A DNA stretch of 64,000 nucleotides from Eledone cirrhosa. Lineage: Eukaryota. Made by a program: the position numbers and the translations under genes. Each line of letters starts with the position of its first letter. Position 1 is the first letter of the stretch. Below, piece after piece: positions 27,282-43,495 of the stretch. The DNA lies in contig OZ024740.1 of assembly GCA_964016885.1 (NCBI GenBank), forward strand, positions 56,606,001-56,670,000. The letters are read 5' to 3'. Under the pieces are notes generated by a model. The model had not been told where the DNA came from. It ran no database searches and saw nothing but the letters and a program-made list of their open reading frames with translations.

Positions 27282-27558
27282 AAGAAATAGGATTTCGCTT
27301 CAAGCATAGCTTTATACAATATGTATAGAAATTTCGTATTTCGAAAGAAATACGACTTTAGGAAGCTGTAGCTATGGTGATGTCCAGCAGAAACTAGAGG
27401 GACAACCGTCTATGCATTTTAAGCTGCCTGAAATGCATAGACGGTTGTCCCTCTTGATTCTGATAGACAACACCAGACGGCGTTAGATACCCCGGTGTTC
27501 GCATAGCTACAGCTTCCTAAAATCGTATTTCTTTCGAAATACGAAATTTCTATACATA
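27282..27558. repeat. Fold-back element between (TA)n arrays
   Basis: atgtatagaaatttcgtatttcgaaag...gacaaccgtctatgcattt versus its reverse complement; left-arm tail. Confidence 0.8.
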
Positions 27559-27686
27559 TCTATATATATATATGTATATGTATATATATATATATGTATA
27601 TATATGGATATATATATATATGTATATATATGTATATATATGTATATATATGGATATATATATATATGTATATATATATGTATATA

Positions 27687-27731
<45 letters not shown>

Positions 27732-27736
27732 GTATA

Positions 27737-27781
<45 letters not shown>

Positions 27782-27938
27782 GTATATATATGTATATATA
27801 TATGTATATATATATGTATATATATATGTATATATATATGTATATATATATATGTATATATATATGTATATATATATGTATATATATATGTATATATATA
27901 TGTATATATATATGTATATATATATGTATATATATATG

Positions 27939-30385
<2,447 letters not shown>

Positions 30386-30391
<6 letters not shown>

Positions 30392-31129
30392 TATTTATAG
30401 GAATAATTGATAAAATATACCTATTTATTTCTTTTGTCCCGACTGTACAGTTTCGCTGGTCACTATGCAAGAATGTTATATCATAGATATGTAACATTGT
30501 TGTGAGGTAAGCCAGCTTATCAAGGGACCACCTCAGGGAAGAGCCCTAACTACATACGTCCGTAGCATGCGAGAAAATCTCAGAAAGGCGGAGGGAGACT
30601 CTATCACGTGATGCACCGGTCAAGAAAGGGGATTAATCTCTTGTAGCAATGAAAATATCTCAGAAGGCGGAGGGATATATTGATATGTTACATAGGCTAC
30701 AGAGGGGTGGAAAGGTTGACTAGAAGTGTATATAGTGTTTGCTTGAAAGCAGTCACTATACTTCCGTGGTTACTCTACCGTGAGGGAGTTAGAGACAATA
30801 ATGAGAGGTATACAAATATATGTATATACATACATATACATGTATATATAAACATATATTTTTCACAAGTATGTGAGATTGTATGTTGTCGACCTTAACC
30901 AGTGTTACTCTATGACTATGAGAGACAAAATAATCGAAATAATTAAATTGACACAATATCAGAGTTATGTAAAATATTATAAAAAGGAATAATAGATACA
31001 ATATACAATCATAGAGTAACACTGGTTAAGGTCGACAACATACAATCTCACATACTTGTGAAAAATATATGTTTATATATACATGTATATGTATGTATAC
31101 ACATATATTTGTATACCTCTCATTATTGT
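30386..31129 (-). mobile_element. Family R-related non-coding HHR element with terminal fold-back (30795-30915 / 31009-31129)
   Basis: Shares aaggcggaggg..atcacg.gat..cggtc.agaaa with 57770-57815; U3:A8 HHR at 30436-30528. Confidence 0.75.
30436..30528 (-). ncRNA. Hammerhead with U3:A8 core
   Basis: Minus: GTCCC-TTGATAA-GCTGG...CCAGC-GAAA-CTGTACAG-TC-GGGAC. Confidence 0.82.
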
Positions 31130-31145
31130 ATATATATATATATAT

Positions 31146-31229
31146 ATTTCGTTTCTGAATTTGTTTAGCAAGATTCTTTATCTGAAATCGTGTTATTGGC
31201 AACATGACCCTCCCAAAGTATAACAATAT
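31146..31229. mobile_element. 84-bp inverted, rearranged insertion of the family E 3' end
   Basis: 31146-31193 is the reverse complement of 56663-56710; 31194-31229 equals 56617-56652. Confidence 0.85.
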
Positions 31230-31363
31230 ATATATATATATATTTAAAAAAAAAAAAAAAAAAAAAAGACTTCAGTTGCATTTTCGATTTCATCTCTTTT
31301 TCTTTATACTTTCACTCGTGTAGGACACCTCGGTTATTTTTCATTTTGTAAAAAAAACCTCAC

Positions 31364-31485
<122 letters not shown>

Positions 31486-31505
31486 ATGTATATAAATATA
31501 TATAT

Positions 31506-33335
31506 AACTTTGATAGCTTTCGGCGAGTATTGGCCCAGGCTATGTCTAACTTAATAGTACCACCTGGCGAAGTCTTACAAATCAGTGTTTGGACACCATG
31601 GCCCACTCGAGCAGAGAGTTATTGTTTACGGAGGCGTATCCGGGTGTAGGAGGCTTATCCGGGATTTTTTGAAGGAATTTGTCCAAAGACGTCTTGAACT
31701 TGATGGGGTCTGTTTCTGCTTTGATCTGTTTTGGTGTAATGTTAAAGGGTGCAGGGCCAATTGAGGTGAAATAATTGTGCCGTATTGTTGTTATGTGATG
31801 CGAGTGAGATTTTTGTCGTGGGCGGATAGCACGGTGCCCAAGCCTTGGGTGTAAACTAAAGGTGATGCCAATATCATTTGGGCAAAGCTGATGGAATATT
31901 TTCCACATCATGCCGATAATGTAGCGCTCACGGCGACGTTGGAGAGAATAAAGTTTCAGCTTTTCTAATCGACTCCAATAGTCAAGGCCTGTCCTGCCAA
32001 CTATCTTTTTGTAATTGACCTTTGGGGTGCTTCAACTTTCATGATACTTTGTTTCGTGTGGGGAGACCACAGTGGACAACAGTATTCAAGGTGGAGTCGG
32101 GCGAATGTGGAGAAGGGAACAAAACAATGTCGATATCATTCGACTGGAAAGTTCTGAGGATCCAGGAACACATTCTGCGGGCCATATCAACTTTGCTATT
32201 TATATGAGTGGTCCAGCTTATGTCGTTGTCCACAATTACTCCCAGGTATCTGATGCTATTGGATGTCACTAGAGTTTCACCCGAAGGAAGAGAGTATGGT
32301 AGTTTCAGGGCATCCTCTTTTCCAAAGTGGATTAATTCAAACTTATCCTCATTCAACAGCATATTATTCTTTTCTGCCCATTGGATAACAGCCAGTAGGT
32401 CTGACTGAAGGCGAGTCCAGTCACCCACCCATTGATGACCCTTTGGAGCTTGGAAAAATCTGCGAAGATTCTTACGTTGCTGTGCTTAATGATGTCAGTA
32501 ATATCATTAATGTAGATGATGAAAAGAAGTGGGCCCAACACACTGCCTTGTGGGACGCCCCTGCTGACTTTGGCCTGGCTTGATTCTACTCCTTCGACTA
32601 CAACATGCTGGGTTCTGCCTGTCAGGAAACATTTGATCCACTGTAGTAACCTTCCAGAGACACCAACATTGGATAATTTTTTCAGTAGAATCTTATGATC
32701 AACCCTGTCGAAGGCTTTGCTGAAATCAAGGTAGATGACATCAGTGTTGGAGCCCTCTCCTAAGGCTCTCAAAACATCGTCAAAGTGATGCAGGAGCTGC
32801 GTTAGGCAGTTCCTTCCATTACGGAACCCATGTTGGTTGGATTTCAGCAGGCCGTTGCTTTCAATAATATGAGAGGTGAGTGAGATCGGACGGTAGTTCA
32901 CTGCAAGGGAGTTATTTCCCTTTTGAAGACTGGGACAACGGACTGGGACAGAAAGTTTTCAGGAATATAGCCAGTATCCAGTGAGTTCCTCCTCAGATTA
33001 GCTAGAGGAGATGCAAGTTGGTGTCGACACACCTTCAGGACACAAGCAGGGAACCTGTCGGGGCCTACTGCTGAATTGTGTTTAATTTCTTTTATTGCCG
33101 CTAAGGCGCCAAACGTTATGTCTGATATAGTGTGTTGGGGATTAACATCACTGATACAGCCCAGATCGGCCATATCAGATTGCTGAAAACAGAGCAGTAT
33201 TGTTTCTGCAGTTTCTCGCCCATGGTTTTGGAATGTGCCATTTTCATCAACTAGAGGGCCAAAAGAACACTTTGTGGTCGAGTTTGATTTTCTCAATGGC
33301 CCACTTCTCTTCAACTGTTCTCTGGTTATTGATGA
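31506..33335 (-). mobile_element. 5'-truncated, frameshifted CR1/L2-group LINE (RT)
   Basis: NYRPISLTSH, QHGFR, YLDFSKAFDRVDH, GVPQGSVLGPLLFIIYIND, FAD(F), YLGVIVD, FKTSLDKFL across several frames. Confidence 0.92.
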
Positions 33336-34304
33336 TGGTCATCATGCATTGTTAAAGGTTATATTTTTATCATTCAAGCAGGTCGATAGCCATCGAATGT
33401 GTGTGTTGCTGTTGGCAGTATTTTAGTGTGTATATATATGTGTTTGTGTGTGTATGTGTGTCAGTCTGCGTGTGTGTGTACACATCTGTTCAAACTAGTA
33501 AGGACATTGTTCAGCTGAATACTCGATACTTGGGTAAGTAGTGTCGGTATTGTAAAGAGTTAGTACCCGGCGACTGGGTTCTTTCCATTTCAACGTCAAA
33601 TGGATTACTGATATATTTTTTCACATTTAGCAATTTATAAACCATCTCGTCAAAGGCGGGATCCTACTTTGAATGAGTGGGGCTTTTATAAATTTTATTT
33701 CAGTGAAGAATTAATCCTTATTAACACAAGTGTGTATTATTTCGTAATTTATTATAAACCTTGGTGGCATTTATTTCAATTTAGGTGTTTACAGCTTTAA
33801 CCTCTCTTTAAAAAAACTCAAAGCAGGGCCCATATTTAAATCTACTAACGAACGCCAGATTTCAATTTCAGGATCTAGTCGTATCTCTTTCAGATATTTA
33901 CACTACTAATTCTATGGCGTCATATCTAAATGTATTAAATCATGTTTTTCTGTCTTTAATTTTGTATTACTTAATGTCAATTGATACATTTTTCTAGCGT
34001 TTAAAGGTTAAGTAATTGACTTTGTCGCATTAATGCGTAGGGATATAAAAGAAATAATATTTTTGGTGGCTCACAATTAGTGGAAATATCTGAAGAAGGT
34101 AATTTGTCACTTCTTTAACTGCCTGCATTATCTAACTAGAGAGTTTTAAACACAATGGGTGTTTGTAGAAAGTCAGTTTAGTGAACAAATAAAAGGGAAT
34201 GCTTGTACAGTATATTTCACGCATGTGACATAAAGTTTTAATGAAATTATATCTATACCAACACTGTTATATCGATATAAACTTTCATTTACTTTCTTTT
34301 TCAG

Positions 34305-34409
34305 GTGAAAATCATTGCTGAAACTAAAGGGCCTTCTCATACGAAAGAACTGAAGGAATTACTTGCACTTTACTATGATGAGGTTTTCTGGGGTGATAGT
34401 GTTCATTAA
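34305..34409 (+). CDS. Threonine dehydratase terminal coding exon E
   Basis: Polypyrimidine tract and ttcag|GTG; VKIIAETKGPSHTKELKELLALYYDEVFWGDSVH*; ETxxxxH ACT motif; phase 0 after a 21.9-kb intron (12407-34304). Confidence 0.88.
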   Translation: MKIIAETKGPSHTKELKELLALYYDEVFWGDSVH

Positions 34410-34476
34410 AATGGGGAAATCATGCTCTGATAATCCTATTTTTTCTCAAATCACGATCAGGATACACTTCACGCAA

Positions 34477-34611
34477 GAAACATATAATAATTGTTTCTAC
34501 TTTAGGCACAAGGCCAGCAATTACCCAGTGCATTACTGGTACTTTATTTTATCGACCCCGTAAGGATGAAAGGCAAAGTCAACCTTGGCGGGATTTGAAA
34601 CATATAATAAT
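34477..34611 (-). mobile_element. 5'-truncated SINE with 15-bp TSD, about 70 bp after the host stop codon
   Basis: TSD gaaacatataataat at 34477-34491 and 34597-34611. Confidence 0.88.
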
Positions 34612-35994
34612 GATGTTACTTTCTAAGTAAAGGATTTTTCAATGCAAGAATTATTTTCTAGAAAATACTTCACAGAACGTTCTAAACATTCTCTTGATTA
34701 ACAATCCAAAAAGTTGAAAAAAAACAACAAAAAAACTGACACGTGCATACATGAACACATGCATACATGAACACACAGATAATAGCATTATAAGACAATC
34801 AGTCATTAATATTACTGATAATATCAAGACGTGAAGATTGTTATATTGATAGTTACTTTGAAACTCTGTTATGAAGGTTTAAAAAAAAACAGTTCATTTA
34901 TCTGATCTTTCTATCACGCTAAAATACGTAAATATAAAGATTATTGAGGATATCTGAGAATTAATTTACGTCAATATTGAGGCTTGTTGATTTGTATCAC
35001 ATCCTAATGCAAATCACTGCTTATATTCCAGTCACATATTAACAACCACTGTCTAAAAATGAGGAATGCGGGTATTTGACTGTATGGCGAACGTATGTGA
35101 TTGTCTGTAGTATTTAAGAAATAAAAGACTATTTCTCGTTGTTTTGCGTTTTGTGTACTTTTCTGAAATGAAAAGATATGAATTAAGAACACGATCAATA
35201 GTTACTAAATGATTGAATTAAATAAATATTGCTTCAAAATGGAAAACAAAACAACAACCGTTTCTCTCATTTCAACTAAAGATTCTAATTTCATTTCAGA
35301 TATTTATCAATCTTTGTGAAGATCAATAAAACAAGTGTGATAATTTTCGAGACGTGCTTTATTAAGAGTCTATGTGCTACATTTTTTTTTTATCAGTCAA
35401 ACGTATTTTATTTAATGTAGACTTCTGATTCAAAGTAAATAACGTTTTACTTTACTTTTGTCTAAGAAATTATTTAGTCATACTAGAAATAATAAAATAT
35501 TTCGTGATTAAATTTTGAGTAAATAGAAACTTATAAGCTCCGCCAACTAAGTGAACGTTTAGATATACTGTCAATGATGTCTATCTAGAGGCATTATGCC
35601 CGGATTATTTTAAAGGTTATAGCTAATTAAATTTACATTATATTTGTTATATATATAAATTCATTGTAACATTTGCATTAGACAACCAGGAAGATAAATA
35701 TTATAACTTAACAACTTAAAATTGTAGAGAGTTAAAGTGACGCTGATCTCTAATGCGTTTTTATTTACCGTATATAAATGGAAACGTAAAATATACAATA
35801 ATTGACATTCCATATGTATTTACTGAGATTATATAGGAGCATTCTAGAAATATATTACATAAAGATAATTTAGTCAACCACACTCTCAGAACGTGGTAAA
35901 TAAATACATATATATACCAGGTCCGAACACAATGGAACGAAACTCCCACTGTCATTGGCTCCATCCCTCCTGCTCTCCCCATCTCTCATTATTA

Positions 35995-36203
35995 TAAGCA
36001 TTGGCCACTCCATGGCCTCGGCGGACAGAATGCAGAAGGTGTTTACCTGGAGGATGGTGAGGGAGACACACTGGATGAGCCATTCCAGCTCGTGAGGCTC
36101 ACAACTGTGGTAGCAAACACTGGGCCGATGGAGGTGTGTAGGGAGGTGGTTCTAGGGCCAAGAACACCAGAAGTCTCCACTGCTACGGTCTCGACCGCTG
36201 AGT
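35995..36203 (+). mobile_element. Degraded RTE-like 3' fragment
   Basis: GC-rich island; decayed G-R...W...DR..WR..V-like pattern across frames. Confidence 0.35.
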
Positions 36204-36859
36204 GTCATTTATTTATTTATTTTTATTATTTATTTATCTATTATTTAGAGCTGCAAATGTTTCCTATTATATATGTTGACGATTGATATAATTAGTTCTC
36301 GGTTAAGATAAAATTTTGATATTGTGATTTATTCAAAGTTTGAAATATTTCACATTCACAATTATCATTAACAGAATCTGACAAGCCATGTATTTTAATT
36401 TAGTTCCTACGTTCTCGTTAAATATACGTCTCATTCATTTGATATAACATTTATTCTTGAATGTTTATTTATTAGCTAATTTATTTCAGCAATTTCTGCA
36501 AACAAAATTTCACAAATCGCAAGTCGATAGAACACATAAATCAACTCGTAAAATATACAATAGATTTATTTCCGGAATAACATTGAAAGAAATTACAAAT
36601 TGTAAAAATATTTTTTATGATATTTTTAAATAACAAAGGCCAACAATTTGATGACAAATTGATAAAAGTTCATAACATTACAATGTACTGGGTGATATTT
36701 TTATGAAACAAACAGCCATTTGGTTTGATCGTTGGCTTGAAATATTACAGAATCGCATTAAAATCTATAAAAAAAAATGTTTATATTGATTTATTAGCAG
36801 GAAGCACAACCATATAATAGTTATAACGCAACTGGGGAAATAACATCTGTATAATAATG

Positions 36860-37768
36860 ATTTATAGTATTGGCACCACGCCACATAGTTTAGAATAGAG
36901 GATTAGTTAACTGAATAAACCTCAGAAGAGAGAAAATCAAATTGACCCTAGTGGAATTTAGACTCAGGATGTAATTAAATACTGCAAAATATTTTGTTTG
37001 AAAACCACTTCCATGCTGTTCACCATCTTATTCTTTCATAGTAATAATGGTTTCTAATTTACACAGCAGCCCAGAAGTTTGAGGGCTTGGAGAGTTGATT
37101 AAATCGACCTCAGGATTTGTCTGGCACTTTATTTTATCAACCCCGGAATTATGAAAGGTAATGTTGAACTCAGCAGGATTTGAAATCAGAATGTAAAGAG
37201 CCGTAGCTATATACTGCAAATGATTTTGTCCGACATTCTAACAATATTACCAATCCACGATAATAATTGCTTTTTTACGTAAACATAAGGTCGGTAATTT
37301 GATGGGTGAGTACAATCATTATATATGGACCCCAATACTAAACTGGTACTTTATTTTATTGACTCCGGAATGATGAAAGGCAAGTTTATTTGCTGAATTT
37401 GAATTCAGAACATTATGAGCCATAACTCTATGCTGCAAAGCATTTTGTCCAAAGCTCTACCGATACTGCCAATCCACAATAATAATAATAATGATAATAA
37501 TAATAATAATAATAATTGTTTCTACTTTGGACTCAAGGCCAGCAATTATCTCAGTACATTACTGGTACTTTATTTTATCGACCCCGTAAGAATGAAAGGC
37601 AAAGCTAACCTCGGCGGTATTTGAACTCAGAACATAAAGGCGCATAACACTATGCTGCAAAGTATAATGTCACACACTCTATCGATACTGCTAATCTCAG
37701 ATCATAAAGAGACGTAACTCTATGCGTCAAAGCATGGTGTCCGACCCTCTACCGATACTGCCAATAAT
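36860..37768 (-). mobile_element. Tandem cluster of at least four SINE copies
   Basis: Repeated ctggtactt(t)attttatcgacccc..gaaaggcaaag..gatttgaactcagaa separated by (AAT)n. Confidence 0.85.
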
Positions 37769-37774
37769 AACTAC

Positions 37775-38600
37775 TGAGAGATTGTTTTAACAATATTTGC
37801 AGACACTCGTATTGCCATTCTCTGGAATGTGCCCGTTTCTAGTCTACATGTAATCTGTCAATGTATTTAGAATAGTGGTTGTCTATTATTCCGTTTATAC
37901 CAATTAAAAATGAGATGCTAGACACATATCCTGTCTGCCATATTGTATTTAATTTCACAGCCGAGTCAGTTCATTTCTGCACAACATTATAGTCATTTTA
38001 GATTGCTGTGTCAATTATTAATACTCTATTGTCAGGCTTATATTTTTTTCAGTAATCTTGTTTTTATTCCGTGCTTTCACTCTACACCTGATCGTAATTC
38101 TGTGTGCCTTTAGTATGTGCGGTGCTACATCTTGTATCTTCTATTGTATTGAAAGTAGTAATATACTTGCGATACCCACTTGTGCTATTCTCTCTATGTT
38201 GTGTATATTTGTAAGTCCTGAAAGTTTGGTTATATATTTTTAGCATCTATTTTATTTTTCTCAGGCACCTATTATCATAGAGATTGTTTCTATTTTCAGA
38301 AATAGAAATAACTGATAGATTATCTATATTTCCAAACATTTATCTATGAATTATTTCTCCATTTCCTTTAAAGATACATTATGAACTTCCTTTCCCGGCG
38401 GTCCTTGACAGCAGTATTCCATCGATTAACCATTATTCTCCTGTCTTTAGAGCATGGTAGCTTAGTCATTCCCAGAGATCGTTTTTACGTGAATGTTTAT
38501 GCCACCACTTTTCTGTCGATATATCATAATGCTAGCAAAGCTACCAATGTATGAAACCCCTAACTTTACCATGTCTGTAATATATCATCATTACACATAG
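37775..38600 (-). mobile_element. Decayed R4/Dong-like LINE 3' part (RLE)
   Basis: Minus: LKIETISMIIGA*..; KPD..LIIDTAI*NDYNV..IW..IGING..; FQRMAIRVSANIVKTISQ*; many stops. Confidence 0.55.
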
Positions 38601-39164
38601 TTTAGGAAATACGTTACCATTCTTTAAAAAGAATTAGGAATGTATTGGAAAACATTCATAAAATTTTAAAGGGTAACAAATTATGCATGAGAATAATTTT
38701 CTTTCAATATTTAAGGATCCTAATATTGGCATTTTCTGGAATATGCCAACTTCTATATTTTAGTTAATCCGTCAATGCATATATAGAATTGGCTACGTAT
38801 TATTTCAGTTGAACCAATTATATATAAAATGATAAAAACTTTAGCAACATGCTATGTTGGTGTAATAGTTTAACTCTTCAGTTTGCTGTAATTAGTATTA
38901 CTATGTCGATAATTAGTCGACTATTGTTATTTTCGTTAAGGAAAATTGACGACAGGTTTATCATGTCATTGTAACTGATGTTTTCTGTTTGCTAATGTTC
39001 TACAGTATTGTGGCATTGTTATTTTCTAAGGCATTGATATTTTCTAAGCCTTTACTTGAAATTGTTGCAATTAGGTGGCTAAGTCTATATAAGGAAATTT
39101 AGGTCTGGGCCAGCTATGATCGAAAAGAATTGTGATAAAAAGGTATTCCAGCAAAAAGTATTCC

Positions 39165-39330
39165 AGATAAAATGTATTGCAGTGTATAGCTACTGCTCTC
39201 CCGTTCTGAGCTCCAATTCCGTCGTCCATCCGAAGTCGATAAATAAAGTATCATCCAAATACTGCGGTCGACTTAATTAACTAACATAGGCCCTCCAAAT
39301 TTATGGCCTTAATATGATGCTAGAAATCTG
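39165..39330 (+). mobile_element. Degraded SINE
   Basis: cgttctgagctccaattccgtc...gtcgataaataaagtatc. Confidence 0.6.
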
Positions 39331-41005
39331 CTGTGAACAGACGAGTCTTCAAATCACTGCTAGACCTTTTGATTTTTACCATATTCAACTGAAATAAAAT
39401 ATTTCTTTCTTATTGTTATTTTATTTTTGAACGTAATTTTTTTCTGTTTCAGATTACACGCGACTCATGATGGCTTCTCGCCAGAGAAATGTCTTCTCAA
39501 AAAAGTGAAAATGAACATTGTTCTCAGTGGAGATATGTTCAAATAAAAGAACAAGTATAATGTCACAGGAAGATCCAAGCATTTTCCAAGAAAGAATAAT
39601 AATGCATTAATGAATACAAATGACAATCTAAAATCCTTGAATGACGGTATTAACAACAACAGCAACACTCAACATTTACCAAACAAAGAAAATTTAATTA
39701 GCGAAAATATTGTTTTGATCAACATAAACAGGACTGTCAGCAATATTCTCGCTAACGTCAACAGCAACACAGTGACACTGAACAAGATTGATCTGCCAAA
39801 GAAAAAATGTACGTGACAGAGGTAAGCGACCTAGAAAATTGTCTCTTAGCCTGAGACCTATATCCAAGAGGAAACAAAGAGAATGATTTCTACACTTCTA
39901 AAAATACACAGATTTTCTTTATGTCCTCAATGCAACAGCTGGGAGTACTCATAGACGATGTGTGAAATGATATCTTCCTCGTTCAAGTTAGAGCACATCG
40001 AGCCATTCACATGATATTCATAAATGAGTTTGCCGAGTCGGTGTATCATACAACTACCTATGGGTTAGAGCCAGAATGCATTGAACGACACAACACGTGT
40101 ATAATAGTGAAGGATACTGGTAACGACGTTTATCATTGATTCATCAAAATATTTGTGGCACAATACGGGGGGAAGGTGAGCGCTGTAGTTACAAAAATGA
40201 CCTGTAGTTGAGAGGAGAAAGCATAGAATTGCAAGCAGTAATGAGATCTGAAGAATACAGTGAAAAGCAAAAGCCATGATAATCGTGGTGCAGGGAAAAC
40301 CCAGCTTCCACACGTGTGTCAGTAGAGCCTTCATAGAACTTAAATAACAAAAAGAAAAAAAATTGACGAAAAAGCAGTAACAGCAAATGATCTATTCCAA
40401 CATATATTTCAGCTTCTCACCCGTTTATGTATTAAATGTCGTTATTTGTTTATTGTGTTTATTTAAAAGTATATCTCATTTAATCATACTGTGTTTGTAT
40501 GTATAACCATTTAACTACTTTTTGTAATTTAAAAATAGCCAATATTTTGCAAGATATGTTCATTCCTCCGCTCGCTCTTCTATAACTTTGTATATCTCCA
40601 CATGCTTATGCAAAACATTTATAACGCGTTTTTGTATGCATGAATGGACCAAGATGGTTAAGAATGAGGGAATGATTTTTATTGTTATTAGTGATAACAT
40701 TATTTATTTTTGTGTCCCTACAACGAGATAGCTCTATAACTTTCTTTTTTATTACCTGGTAAAAGTTTTTTGTAGAAAATTTTATTTTATTTTGTGACTA
40801 AACTGACCGGGTTCATAGAAAACCTATGAGTTTTTGTGGCTATCTCCAGTCCTTAAGGACAAAAACTGTATCTACATTATAATGACGCCCCTTAGTTTGT
40901 TTTGAAAGAAAACATGGCGAAAAAAGAATCTTCTTTTGAAGTTCAACACAAATTTCAATCACCAGCGAACAACCACAACAGCAACATCTACTACTACTAG
41001 TACTT

Positions 41006-41045
<40 letters not shown>

Positions 41046-43329
41046 CACAACTACTACTACTACTACTACAACTATTACTACTACTGATAGTTATAATTAT
41101 TATTATTACAATTATTATTACTATTATTACAAATCATGCGAAGCAACAAAAGCATACAAAAAGGGATTTCCCCGCATTATAAACATCTGATGTCCCCGTC
41201 ACCACCACTACCGCAACAACAAGATACTAAACGCAACCAAACACAACAACACTAGTACCGCCGCTGGTGCTGCCACCTATACAACAACAAATTAACAGTG
41301 ACAAGACCAACAACGACGACACTAACTCCGACAACATCAACAACAATAATTTGCATCAAAACCGCTAAAAGGCAGCATAACCTTTTGAAATTCGCATATC
41401 AGATAGAGACACAAGCGGCCAAATTGATAAACATTCAGAAGACATGGGTCGATGTAATCATATCGTCAATATGTTGACAGTTACAAAGAGGAGACAACCA
41501 GAAGCATCATCACACGTACAGATTGAAAGGGCTATGAAAGAAATGTTGCCTGAAATTAGACCATATCGCAAGAGCAAGGCAGTTTGGCGTCAAACCAGTA
41601 ATTTTTAAAAGCGAACCCTTTGCAATCCAACATTCTGTGGCCTCTTATCTCAGCGACGAATACGTTTTTTTTTCTTTCATATTTAGGGTGCACAAAAGTA
41701 GAGGTCATGATCCTAGAATCCCACCAGAGTTGGATATTCCGAGAGGGAAGCGGCACTCTTCTGGAAGTTAAGAGAAGGTGGCGGTAGAACTTGTCACATT
41801 AAGCCAGAAAAGCGAGATAAGTTCCTGAAACCTCAATCACCTGCATGTCGAGCTGCATAACGTAGTTGAGGTCAGATAGCCTTCCTGCAATCTGTGTGGC
41901 AAAACTAACCACTTAAGGGAAGACGGAACCGCAGGAAAACCAGAGCCCAACAACAATAACAATCCCAACCGCGAAATATAAAAGCAGCAGCATCAACATA
42001 AACAGTAGTGAGAGGGGTATCATTTGCAACAGTAACTGCAACAACAGCAGCAGTATAAACAACATCAACAATAATAACAACAGACGAACAAACATCAACA
42101 AAACCACTACGAGTTTCCTCAACACAGTTCCCTTTCCCTTCTTTTAAACGTGCACACAGACACACGCATAGACACTCACACAAACCCCGACCCCATCTTG
42201 AAAACATGAAAAACACAGACACCACAGCTGGCATCACAATCACCACCAAAAACCACAGCACTATCCACAACACAAAAGAAATGTTCACACGAACACAAGC
42301 ACATAAACACGCAAAAGCTACAACTAGCTATCCGGACCAATAACTTTGTGCTTGAAACGAGGGCGAACGAAAAACTGAAGATATACAGAGGGAGACATTG
42401 ATAGCAACTTCAAGATGCCACAAACATTGTAAATGGTGTGAATATCTATGGAGACACAGAAAACCACGAGGGAGAGTCTCTCACATGACAGTGGAACCCC
42501 GAATGTAAAAGCCATGTGTGATTCCCAAAGGAACCACAAACAGGTATAGAGGTCGAAACGTTCCATCTCCATCAGCACCAGAAGGCTAAGTAGCTGCCCT
42601 TTTCTTTTCTAATCCCTCTTTCCGGCCAACATACCTTATCATAAGATTAGAATGTGTATATGACATGAAATTTGGTCGACCTGGAAGCAAGTTCACTTGT
42701 ATTACGGCCGCCAGTCACTAGCTATAGATGGGGCATCCGTCAGCGAGACTAGAATTTTCGATACGTGCACACTAACCACCATTGTTGTTGATTTGGGGAT
42801 CAATTTCTTTGTTTCAGAGTGAGCTCTAACGATAGTGAAAGAAACAGCCCTTTAGACTACATGTATGCATTTTATTTACAGTGTGATGCACCAGATGCCA
42901 CTAGAGTCCGGGTATTGATCTTTTCACCTTGGTATTTGTCATTGTTGTCGTTATTGCTGTCTACTCTAAAGGACACACGTTACAGCCCACTCTGAAACAA
43001 AGAATTTGTTTCTCCAAACATAGGATGTATAAGTAATTATGTTAAATAGCTCGACTTATCTTTGTGCTGCCAAAACACCGTCAATTTACTAAAATATTTT
43101 TTCTTCTAGTTATATTTATTTAAGAAATCTAGTTTGAGAGCTTAATTGAGATGCGATATATAAATATGTAGGACCAGTTGAAGGCGTGTTTTAGAAAGCT
43201 GCGCCCATGACCCTCTCAGAAATAAATGAGCGAAGAAGAAGAAGAAGAAGAAGAAGAAGAAGAAGAAGAAGAAGAAGAAGAAGAAGAAGAAGAAACAAAC
43301 AAACAATCCCTTACTATATTAACCAATGA

Positions 43330-43495
43330 ATGCAGCGATATTCATCTGTTTTTTAGTGTTTTTTAACCTTCATATCTTGTCTCCCTATTTTATCTGACGA
43401 AAACGCAAATGTAATCGCATGATGATATTTGTTTTTGAAATGCGCATAATAAAATACATGGAACTCTTTTAACCATCTTTTGATCTCATATATTA
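43330..43495 (+). mobile_element. Family C terminus with HHR 43386-43456
   Basis: TATTTTAT-CTGACGA...GAAA-TGCGCA-TA-ATAAAATA; ends at the same point as 19500 and 25730. Confidence 0.85.

Noticed and set aside
27300-27376. HHR in the 27282-27558 / 1208-1375 family
   Set aside because: Stem plus GAAA present, but the core (CTAAAGT) and stem III geometry do not fit
41380-42600. Short ORFs 41556-41756, 41905-42288 and 42324-42578 as genes
   Set aside because: No recognisable motifs; partly low-complexity (CAA/CA) sequence
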